Shown here: positions 19,891 to 27,972 of the stretch, piece after piece | How positions within the stretch are numbered: position 1 is the stretch's first letter | Layout of the letters: each line of letters starts with the position of its first letter | Translations under genes and position numbers: made by a program | Notes under the pieces: model-generated | Databases searched by the model: none | What the model was told of the DNA's origin: nothing | What the model saw: only the letters and a program-made list of their open reading frames with translations | Source: Nitrospirota bacterium | GTDB taxonomy: Bacteria > Nitrospirota > Nitrospiria > JACQCE01 | Direction of reading: 5' to 3' | Assembly (NCBI GenBank): GCA_016201765.1 | Contig: JACQCE010000062.1 | Span: 11,419 to 75,418 of the forward strand | DNA: 64,000 bases

Positions 19891-19933
19891 CATAACCCGA
19901 AGGTCAGAGGTTCAAATCCTCTCCCCGCAACAA

Positions 19934-19969
19934 TAAGGGCCAGGAGAAGTTTCCTGGCCCTTATTATTT
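19934..19969 (+). terminator. Rho-independent terminator after tRNA-fMet
   Basis: TAAGGGCCAGGA / TCCTGGCCCTTA stem with T-rich tail. Confidence 0.75.
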
Positions 19970-20142
19970 CACCAGTTACGATTTACAACACTTCGCATGA
20001 CTGCACACCCGAGCACTCGCCGTTATCCGCATCTCAATTGACAAGCCTCGTTTCTCTGGTATCTTAAAAATACGTCGGCCATGCGGGCGGAACAGGACTG
20101 CCGGTCGCCGGGTCATCGACGAGACGATCAAAGGAAGGTGGC

Positions 20143-20676
20143 ATGGCCGGTCAGTCCCGCCCATCGATCAGCAACGCCCATTTGAACGCCTTCGTGCAGC
20201 CGGCCATTCATGTGCTCGCCACCATGGTCGGCATCGCGGCCCAGGCCGGCCCGCCCCGGAAACATTCGGCCATCACGGACGCGGAAGCCGTGACGGTGAT
20301 GATCGGGATCAAAGGCGACTATACCGGGACCATCCTGTTCCGATTCAGCGAGCGGCTGGCCTGCCGGATCGTCAAAAATCTGATCAGCCCCGACCGGGAG
20401 ATCGAGGAGCTCAACAGCGACGTGCAGGATGCGCTCGGAGAACTGGCCAACGTCATTGTGGGAAACGCGACCGGCCATCTCGATGCGCTCGGCATTCAAG
20501 CCCTGATGACCCCTCCCATTATTACCATGGGCACAAACGTGAAATTTGTGTTTCCTGAGACTGACGAACTCGTGGTCGTACCGCTGGCCACGCAGGACGG
20601 AGAAATCGAGATGAACGTGGCCTTTGCGATGCAGGGGCCGCCAATGGCCGATGATGAACGACGCCACCCCCGCTGA
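20143..20676 (+). CDS. cheX: CheX-family phosphatase
   Basis: IGIKGDYTG, DALGELANVIVG (ExxN), TPPIITMG. Confidence 0.85.
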   Translation: MAGQSRPSISNAHLNAFVQPAIHVLATMVGIAAQAGPPRKHSAITDAEAVTVMIGIKGDYTGTILFRFSERLACRIVKNLISPDREIEELNSDVQDALGELANVIVGNATGHLDALGIQALMTPPIITMGTNVKFVFPETDELVVVPLATQDGEIEMNVAFAMQGPPMADDERRHPR

Positions 20677-20724
20677 GGGGATGCGCATGATCGCGCGCGC
20701 CGTACGTCCGGGGGGAGGAAGGAG

Positions 20725-21105
20725 ATGGAGATGAAGAAGAGAGCGCTCGTCGTTGATGATTCCGGCATGATGCGGCAGATGATCCGGACGCTGCTGGAAA
20801 AGAACGGCGTGGAGGTGGTCGGCGCCGCCGAAAACGGCAAACAGGCGGTCGAACTTTACACCGAGCTCAAGCCGGATTTCGTCACAATGGACATGATCAT
20901 GCCCCAGCAAAGCGGCCTGCAAACCCTGAAACAGATCAGGCAGCAGGACCCCCGGGCCGTCGTCATCATGATCAGCTCCCTCTCGGCCGAGGATTCCGCG
21001 GCCGTCTGCACCGAAGTGGGGGCCAGCGGGTACATCGTCAAGCCGTTTACCGAGGAGCAGGTCCTCGCCGTGCTGAACGAAGTTGTCGGGCCCGGATTCG
21101 GATGA
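20725..21105 (+). CDS. CheY-like single-domain response regulator
   Basis: VVDDS, TMDMIMP, YIVKPF. Confidence 0.9.
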   Translation: MEMKKRALVVDDSGMMRQMIRTLLEKNGVEVVGAAENGKQAVELYTELKPDFVTMDMIMPQQSGLQTLKQIRQQDPRAVVIMISSLSAEDSAAVCTEVGASGYIVKPFTEEQVLAVLNEVVGPGFG

Positions 21106-21117
21106 GGATATAGGGGC

Positions 21118-22695
21118 TCATGCAGGAAAGAGGCGGTTCTTCAACTGCTCCAGCAGTTGCTTCGCCTTGGCGCTGGAGGGATCCCACCGCAGCGCCTCTT
21201 CGAACCTGACCAACGCCTTGCCCAGTGCCTTCGCCTGAAGATAGACCACCCCCAGCACAATATGGTAGTCCGCATTTGCCGGTTCCAGCTCGATGGCACG
21301 TTTCAGTTCGGCCTCGGCATCCTCCCGATGGTTCGGCACGGTCGCCAGCGCCTGGCCGAGCAGGGCGTGATAGCGCGCTTTTGAATCGTCCTGTTGCACG
21401 GCCGCCTCAAGGCTGGCGATCGCCTCCTTCACATTGCCGGCCAGGAGCGCCGCTTCTCCCCGTCTGCCCAACTCTTCGGCCGTCTGCCGCGATCTCAGAC
21501 TGGCCTCGCCCGCCCTGGCCTGCGCCCGCGTCCGCCATTGTGACGGTTGCGCCTCGTCATAGTCGCTCCGGGACGGTTCACGGCTGAGGATGTCGTAGGC
21601 CTCGGTCAGCCGGTCAAAGAGGACCACCAGCATCGGATGAACCGCTTCCATGCCGGGCTCATGGTGGCGGTCGGGGTGATAGGCCTTGGCCAGACGGAAA
21701 TAGGCCTTCTTGATCTCCATCGGCGAGGCGCCCCGGCCCACGCCAAGGATTTCATAGCGGTCCTTCCCTTCCAGCGCTTCATAGGCAAGCGTGATGGCGG
21801 AGGGGCTGGTGTCCACCTTTTCCGCGGCGAACCCTTCGAACAGTTTCACCCGGCCGGTTTCCTCATCTTCCTCCGTTTCCCCTGCGATCGCCTCCGTGAT
21901 GAAGGCTTCCAGCTCCAGTTGGAATCGCTTTTGAGAATCCTCGGTGTGCTCTTCAAATTCGTCCGTGGTCTTGGCCCGGATGATGCCGATGGCCAGCAGA
22001 AAATAGAGCAACTGCATGGCATGGAGGGTCGGAAGGGGCGATGAGCAGATCAGATCGCGAATGGTCCGGGCGCCGTTGATCATCAACAACAATTCCCGTT
22101 CAGGAGGGGTCACCGCAATCGCCTGGAACAAATCGCGGGGCTCGACGCTCATCCCCAGGGCCGTCTCAAACGGCGGGAGAAGTTTGGAAAGCCGTGCGAA
22201 ATCGTTGATGTTGCGAATACCCTCGTAGATCAGGGCGCCGGAGCTCATGCGAAGCGCGATCACTTCGTCGGCGGGCAGCTTCTGTTCCTCAAAGCGATAT
22301 TCCCCGTCCAGCCAGGTGAAGAGGCTGAGGATGATCCCCTTGACCTGCGTGGTGACGGCCTGGAACAGTTCCTTCGGCGTCAGGAACCCCTGCTCGACCA
22401 GGATCGCCCCCTGCCGCTTCTTCGACTCTTTCATCAAGCGGATGGAGGTTTCGTACTGGACATACGAAATCCTGTTTTCCTTGAGCAGCATCGATCCCAG
22501 CCGATCATCTTCATACTGGGATGATGCAAAGACCATGTCGCCGTTTTTGACGTAGATGCACTTGGTCTGATCGTTGCGGGTGACCGTGAGAATGCCGGTG
22601 GCCTGGCCGTGCTGCAACGCGCGCAACACGGCCGGCAGCGGCGTTTCACCCAGTCGACCGGTCAGCGGAATATCCCGCTTCACGGTCTCGTCCAT
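21118..22695 (-). CDS. DUF4388 / DnaJ / TPR domain protein
   Basis: N-terminal LTGRLGETPLP...TGIL...LFTWLDGEY; J domain with YHPD; C-terminal TPRs. Confidence 0.85.
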   Translation of the reverse strand: MDETVKRDIPLTGRLGETPLPAVLRALQHGQATGILTVTRNDQTKCIYVKNGDMVFASSQYEDDRLGSMLLKENRISYVQYETSIRLMKESKKRQGAILVEQGFLTPKELFQAVTTQVKGIILSLFTWLDGEYRFEEQKLPADEVIALRMSSGALIYEGIRNINDFARLSKLLPPFETALGMSVEPRDLFQAIAVTPPERELLLMINGARTIRDLICSSPLPTLHAMQLLYFLLAIGIIRAKTTDEFEEHTEDSQKRFQLELEAFITEAIAGETEEDEETGRVKLFEGFAAEKVDTSPSAITLAYEALEGKDRYEILGVGRGASPMEIKKAYFRLAKAYHPDRHHEPGMEAVHPMLVVLFDRLTEAYDILSREPSRSDYDEAQPSQWRTRAQARAGEASLRSRQTAEELGRRGEAALLAGNVKEAIASLEAAVQQDDSKARYHALLGQALATVPNHREDAEAELKRAIELEPANADYHIVLGVVYLQAKALGKALVRFEEALRWDPSSAKAKQLLEQLKNRLFPA

Positions 22696-22858
22696 TCGAC
22701 GATTCTGATCGCCATGCTCTTCGCGTCTCCTTTATCTTGTAAATCATAATAGAGATCGGGTGGGTATGCAAGCCGGCGCTTCCTCTCGCCGTCTGAGCGG
22801 CGACGGGCGCCGTTGCATTTCCATCCGGTCTGACATCCCATCGGCCGGGTCGGTGACC

Positions 22859-23075
22859 ATGAGCGGAACCAGACCAAGTACCGTGCGCTGGCAAATTCTA
22901 GGTCTGTCGTTCGTGATCAGCGTGGTCACCTACGTGGATCGAGTGAACCCCGTACCACGGCTTCACAGCCGTGGCATCGGGGATAACTCTTCGGGCTGAC
23001 CACATCCTTCCTCCCCGCCTTGACAGGCGAGGCTTCCTTCGTGGTACGGGGTGAACATTGCCGTCGCCGGCACGA
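22859..23075 (+). pseudogene. 5' fragment of an MFS transporter gene, interrupted by a MITE
   Basis: MSGTRPSTVRWQILGLSFVISVVTYVDRVN|IAVAG matches the N-terminus of 26032..27318. Confidence 0.85.
22948..23051. mobile_element. 104-bp MITE with 12-bp TIR CCCCGTACCACG and 4-bp TSD TGAA
   Basis: Perfect TIR; TGAA at 22944-47 and 23052-55; removing it restores the codons DRVNIAVAG. Confidence 0.88.
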
Positions 23076-23150
23076 TCAAGGTCCTGAGACCGGCATTGAT
23101 CGAGCTTTTTCAAGAGCGTCAGTCGGGCTCGATAATATCTTAAACCCGGA

Positions 23151-23336
23151 AAGCGAGCGCAGTCCCCGCCTTCGCCTCGAACAAATGTGAGAGGTCATGT
23201 CCGATGTTGGTACCACTAACACCTCGGGGGGCAAGTGAACGAAGCTCACAAGGCCCCTTTCCACTCGGGCCGCAGAATCCCCGCCTTTGCCCCGAATCTT
23301 CGATTCTTAGTACAAACCTAGGCGGGGTTCTTCAAC
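23151..23336 (+). mobile_element. Two-hairpin non-autonomous element (IS200/IS605-end-like) with two nested insertions
   Basis: Collinear with the reverse complement of 27806..27915 apart from extra sequence in both hairpin loops. Confidence 0.6.
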
Positions 23337-23371
23337 TTTCAGTGGAAAACATCTCCGGGGGAATTTTTCAC

Positions 23372-23400
23372 TTGACTCCGGCCGCCTGGAGCGCTATAAA
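23372..23400 (+). promoter_or_regulatory. Sigma70-type promoter for fusion gene 1
   Basis: TTGACT-N17-TATAAA. Confidence 0.6.
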
Positions 23401-23661
23401 GGGGCCATTCCAGCGGCTTGAGGGGGCGAAGCCTGCGGGGACGCACGACAGGCGGTTCGCTCCCATGCCCGCATTAGTTTGTCAGCTTCTTCCGCGTTTT
23501 TTTCACTACACAAGAGGGCCAACGCACGTCTCAGGGCTGTGTCAAGGAGCTCTGATGGCTGGCGGCTTCTTTTCTCCTCAGCCTTCCCGTGGCGATCCGG
23601 GCGCCGACGGGGCCCAGCCCGAACCACACGCACGTACATTCCACCAACGCTGGAGGTTCCC

Positions 23662-25842
23662 ATGATGCCCTCACTCGTCCGCCATTGGCCCGTGTCGTCG
23701 CACAATCTGAAAAAAATCGCGTTCCTGCTGCTGCTCGGCGCGTCGGTTGCCGTCATCAGCATCCTCGTGCCGTCCAATGTCAGCCCCACGGTGTCGCCCT
23801 TGCACGGACAGACCCAGGAACTCGCGGGTTGGATGATCCAGGCCGTGGCCCAGTATGATCGCGAACGGCACACCCTGCTCAAACGGCAGATCGGGCAACT
23901 CGCCCGACAGATCAACCAATTCACGCAGAACCGGACCGGCCGTTTGCAGGAACAGTTCGGCCAGGCGATCGTGCAGACCCATCAGCGGATTCGCGCCGAA
24001 TGGATGCACCTGCGGGCCGAACGGGCGGCCACGGCACGAGCGTTGGATCAGATCATCGACACCCGATCGGCGCAATGGCAGGAGCAGTTGGGCAGGACCA
24101 TCGTGACCACCGCGCAGCGCGTTCCGGAGGGCGGCGCCGCCTTTCAGGCGGCGCTGCAGAAGAACGTGGCGCACCTGAGGCGGGTCGCGGAGCGAGCCGC
24201 CGCCCGGCTGAGCGATCAACTGGACGAATTGACACGCCAGCAGGCTGATTTTCCAAGTCTCATCGCCCTGCTCTACAAGGAGGCAATCGCCTCCGCCGGC
24301 CGATCCGCCCGGATGTTCGACGAAGGGCACCTGGCATGGGCGACCCGGGTCCATGCCGAGCTGGACCAGCAGGTCAAGTGGCAACGGCCGTCCGACGCCT
24401 ATGCGCAACTGGAGCTGGCGGCCAGATCGGCCTTGACCGGACCGGCCGGTGCCGGCGGCTTTATCGAATTCGGCCTCCCGGCGCTCGCGGGGCTGGTCTT
24501 CGTCATGGCGTGGTGCGGCACAACCCTGCGGAAGGACACGGACGCCGCCATGAACCGGAAAATCATCGGCCCCACGAAACCGCTCCTCCGGGAGCACGAT
24601 CGATCGGACGCCGAGGCGGACACCATGCGGCAACCCGTTCTCCTGTTTAGCTGGCCCAAAGAGGTCGTCTTCGGCGTCAACGTCTCGGCGACCATCGGGC
24701 GGTACGCCGCCAAGGATCGCGTTCACAAAGCGCTGCTGATCACCGACCGCAACCTCCACGACCGCGGCCTGCTGGAACCGCTGAAGGCGTCATGCTCCGG
24801 CGCCGGGATCGGGTGGACCGTCTACGACGAGGTCGCGCACGAGGCGCCCGACACGAACATCAGCAAGGCCTGCGAGACGTGCCGTCACACGGCGGCGGAT
24901 TTGATCGTCGCGGTCGGCGGCGGCAGCGTGATCGACACGGCGAAGGCGGTCGGGATTCTCGTCACCAACGGCGGCCGGCTCCAGGACTATGAGGGCCTGG
25001 ACAAGGTCCCCTCCCCGCCGCCGCATTTCTACGCCGTGCCGACCACCGCCGGTTGCGGCAGCGAAACCAGCCAATTCTGCGTCGCGCTGGATACCGCGCA
25101 CAAGCGGAAACTGGAGATCATCAGCCGCCGCGTCATCCCGCAGATGATCTTCATCGACCCGGCGTTGATGCTCACCATGTCCCCGGAGCTGACGGCCGGC
25201 AGCGGGATCGATGCGCTGACGAACGCGATCGAAGCCTATTGCTCCACCTGGGCCAGCCCGCTGACCGACACCCTGGCCTTGCACGCCATTCGGCTGATCG
25301 CGGGCGCGTTGCGCGTGGCCGTGTCCAACGGCGCCAACCTCGAAGCGCGCCGGCAAATGGCGGTGGCGGCGTTCGAAGCCGGCCTGGCGTTCAACAACGC
25401 CCAGTGCGGGGCGGCCCACGCCTTGGGCCACCCGATCGCCGGGCTGTTGAACGTGCCGGAGCGGCTGAGCGAAGGCATCCTCCTGCCGCATGTTATGCGC
25501 TACAATCTGCGCGCGGGCATGGCCCCCCGTCTGGCGGAGGTGGCCGGCGCCCTGGGCGAGCGGGTGGAGGACCTCGACCCGCAGGCCGCGGCGGAACGGG
25601 CCGTCATCGCCGTGCAGTGGCTGTTGTCGGATATCGGACTCCCCGCCACCCTGGACAAGATCGGCGTGGCCAAGGAGGCCATCCCGGAACTGACCCGGCA
25701 GGCGGCGCAGGACACCTTTCTGCGGACAAACCCGCGCACGTTGCACGCGCAAGAGATCGAACACCTCTATCTCCGCGCCTTTGAGGAACAAGCATGGAGA
25801 GCCTACGCCTCAGTGAACCGATGGGATGAGACGGTGCACTGA
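23662..25842 (+). CDS. Membrane-anchored periplasmic-domain / iron-containing alcohol dehydrogenase-like fusion protein 1 (726 aa)
   Basis: SD GGAGG before ATG 23662; two hydrophobic segments; C-terminal VGGGSVIDTAK, PTTAGCGSE, HALGH. Confidence 0.85.
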   Translation: MMPSLVRHWPVSSHNLKKIAFLLLLGASVAVISILVPSNVSPTVSPLHGQTQELAGWMIQAVAQYDRERHTLLKRQIGQLARQINQFTQNRTGRLQEQFGQAIVQTHQRIRAEWMHLRAERAATARALDQIIDTRSAQWQEQLGRTIVTTAQRVPEGGAAFQAALQKNVAHLRRVAERAAARLSDQLDELTRQQADFPSLIALLYKEAIASAGRSARMFDEGHLAWATRVHAELDQQVKWQRPSDAYAQLELAARSALTGPAGAGGFIEFGLPALAGLVFVMAWCGTTLRKDTDAAMNRKIIGPTKPLLREHDRSDAEADTMRQPVLLFSWPKEVVFGVNVSATIGRYAAKDRVHKALLITDRNLHDRGLLEPLKASCSGAGIGWTVYDEVAHEAPDTNISKACETCRHTAADLIVAVGGGSVIDTAKAVGILVTNGGRLQDYEGLDKVPSPPPHFYAVPTTAGCGSETSQFCVALDTAHKRKLEIISRRVIPQMIFIDPALMLTMSPELTAGSGIDALTNAIEAYCSTWASPLTDTLALHAIRLIAGALRVAVSNGANLEARRQMAVAAFEAGLAFNNAQCGAAHALGHPIAGLLNVPERLSEGILLPHVMRYNLRAGMAPRLAEVAGALGERVEDLDPQAAAERAVIAVQWLLSDIGLPATLDKIGVAKEAIPELTRQAAQDTFLRTNPRTLHAQEIEHLYLRAFEEQAWRAYASVNRWDETVH

Positions 25843-26031
25843 CACACGCCCCCCGGCACATCAACCGGTTTCAGGGCCCGCGAGGGAAGGCTTGCCTCGT
25901 CGAGTCCCCCCGCGCAAACATGAGCGGTCAGGGCGCTGAGGGAAATTCTCGGTCTCATCGGCCCAATCTGCTTGTGTTCCCCCCATTGCTTTTCCCTCCC
26001 CCCTGACATACCATCGGCGGAGCCTTCCGCC

Positions 26032-27318
26032 ATGGATCCGCAACAACCAAGCCGCATCCGCTGGCAAATCGTGGGATTGTTGTTCGTGATCAGCGTGGTG
26101 ACCTACGTGGATCGCGTCAATATCGCCGTCGCCGGCAAGCTCATGATGCCGGAGTTCGGCCTGTCGGCCGTGCAGATGGGGACGGTCTTCTCGTCATTCG
26201 TCCTGGGCTATGCGCTTTTTCAAATCCCCGGCGGCTGGATGGGCGATCGATGGGGCGCCCGGCTGGTGCTCGCGGCGGCGGTGCTCTGGTGGTCGCTCTT
26301 CACCGTCCTCACGGCCGCCGCAGCTCATCCATTGTTGTCGTCGACGATCGGCGCGCTGGGCGCCCTGCTCGCGGTGCGGTTTCTCATCGGCGTGGGCGAA
26401 GCGGCGGCACTGCCCAACTTCAACCGGACGGTGGCCGACTGGCTCGCGCCGTCGGAACGGGGCGTGGGCATGGGCATCTCGATCGGCGGGATCGGTTTCG
26501 GCTCCGCGATCACGCCGCCGCTCGTCGCCTGGCTGATGACGCGCTACGGATGGCCCGTCGCCTTCTATGTAACGGGCGGGATCGGCCTGCTGGTAGCGGC
26601 AATCTGGTATGGACTGGCCCGGGACCGCCCGCATGAACATCCACGCGTCAACAGGGCCGAACTTGACTGGATCACCCAGGCGGCGCCCGCCGCGCCGGCC
26701 ACCGACTCGCCGTCGCCGCCATTCGGCGCGCTGCTGAAGCGGCCATCGGTCTGGTTTCTCACGCTCAGTTATACGATGCTCGGGTATATCGCGTATATCT
26801 ACCTCTCCTGGTTTTTTCTCTATCTGGTCAACGTCCGCCACTTTACCGTCCTGCAGGGCTCGTTCTGGGCCGCCGGCCCGTTTCTCGCCATGGCGGTGGG
26901 CTGCCCGGCCGGCGGATGGCTCAGCGATCGACTCACGGCCCATTATGGCCATCGGATTGGACGGGCCGGCGTCGGCGGGTCGGGACTGGTGCTCACCGCC
27001 GGCTTCATCTACAGCGGCGCCGGCGTCGATGATCCCTATGCGGCCATCATTCTGCTCTCGCTGGGGGCGGGCATACTCTATGCCACGGCGGGCGCCTACT
27101 GGGCGAGCACGATCGATCTGTCTCCGCATCATGCCGGCGCGCTGTCCGGTCTGATGAACATGGGCGCCAATCTCGGCGGCGTCGTCTCACCAACCCTGAC
27201 GCCGCTCATCGGTGAACGATGGGGCTGGCCGGTCGCCCTGACCGTCGCGGCCGGTGTGGCGTTGATCGGGGGTTTGCTGTGGCTGGGTGTGACAGATCAT
27301 GAAGAACGATCGGCCTGA
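26032..27318 (+). CDS. MFS transporter, anion:cation symporter (sugar-acid type)
   Basis: YVDRVNIAVA, GGWMGDRWGAR, RFLIGVGEA; about 12 TM segments. Confidence 0.9.
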   Translation: MDPQQPSRIRWQIVGLLFVISVVTYVDRVNIAVAGKLMMPEFGLSAVQMGTVFSSFVLGYALFQIPGGWMGDRWGARLVLAAAVLWWSLFTVLTAAAAHPLLSSTIGALGALLAVRFLIGVGEAAALPNFNRTVADWLAPSERGVGMGISIGGIGFGSAITPPLVAWLMTRYGWPVAFYVTGGIGLLVAAIWYGLARDRPHEHPRVNRAELDWITQAAPAAPATDSPSPPFGALLKRPSVWFLTLSYTMLGYIAYIYLSWFFLYLVNVRHFTVLQGSFWAAGPFLAMAVGCPAGGWLSDRLTAHYGHRIGRAGVGGSGLVLTAGFIYSGAGVDDPYAAIILLSLGAGILYATAGAYWASTIDLSPHHAGALSGLMNMGANLGGVVSPTLTPLIGERWGWPVALTVAAGVALIGGLLWLGVTDHEERSA

Positions 27319-27445
27319 CCTCCAAATCGGCCTCATACGGACGGAAGGATCAGCATATCAAGTGCTTGCAGGCCACCACCCGCCAGCCAAATTATCCGCC
27401 CAGTTGCAGATGACCGGCATCGGATCGGAATAGATATTCGAACCG

Positions 27446-27584
27446 GGTAGTGGGTCAGTTTGATGGATTCCACCGTGGCAAAAATGGGGACACGTCCCAA
27501 TTTCGTTGCGTGCCGTGCGTCGCACGAGGACATTGGGACGTGTCCCCATTTTTGAGCCGGTTGCGGTGAAACTGACCCACTACC
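27446..27584. mobile_element. 139-bp MITE with 16-bp TIR GGTAGTGGGTCAGTTT and 8-bp TSD TCGAACCG
   Basis: Perfect TIR; TSD at 27438-45 and 27585-92; internal perfect 23-bp inverted repeat. Confidence 0.9.
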
Positions 27585-27599
27585 TCGAACCGATTGTAC

Positions 27600-27628
27600 T
27601 TGACATTATTTCCGAAGAGGCGTATAAG
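27600..27628 (+). promoter_or_regulatory. Sigma70-type promoter for fusion gene 2
   Basis: TTGACA-N17-TATAAG. Confidence 0.6.
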
Positions 27629-27805
27629 TCGAGTATCAACAGTTGAAAAACGGGCCGTGGTGTTGTGTTGCGGCGCCCGGCTCGCAGCAGGATCATTTCC
27701 CCTCGTTTTATCTGCACTACTTCCAGCAACGGAAGGTTCAGTGTGGCCCGGAGCCGAAAGGATGCGCTCCGAAGGCTTGGCATTTTCTTTTTCCGCCCGT
27801 CTGTT

Positions 27806-27915
27806 GTTGAAGAATCACGCCTTTACAGGCTGGGATTCTTCGACATGAGTGGAGAAAGGCTCCTTGGTATCCGCTCGCTGACCCCGCCTTCAGAGGGCGG
27901 GGATTGCGCTCGCTA
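27806..27915 (-). mobile_element. Two-hairpin non-autonomous element (IS200/IS605-end-like)
   Basis: Hairpins GAAGAATCAC..GGGATTCTTC and CCCCGCC..GGCGGGG; homologous to 23151..23336. Confidence 0.6.
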
Positions 27916-27972
27916 TGCATGTTCGCCGCACATGCCCTCCGGGCGTGTGCACACCAACGGAGGTGCCGAGCC

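Larger units (their letters stand above)
19193..19930 (+). tRNA. Initiator tRNA-fMet (CAT), intron-split; exons 19193-19226 and 19891-19930
   Basis: Joined exons give a canonical fMet tRNA with C1-A72 mismatch and a GGG/CCC anticodon stem; CCA is not encoded (followed by CAA). Confidence 0.95.

Noticed and set aside
23401..23661. Riboswitch in the long leaders of the fusion genes (also 27629-27972) or at 25845-25930
   Set aside because: Hairpins are present but I recognise no aptamer consensus and the two leaders share no obvious motif; needs an Rfam scan
24611..24627. ADH domain of fusion 1 as a separate gene from internal ATG 24625 (weak GAGG upstream)
   Set aside because: No stop precedes it and the paralogue is fused too; an additional internal start cannot be excluded
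27333..27549. Small ORFs across the 27446 element
   Set aside because: Spurious translations of MITE inverted repeats
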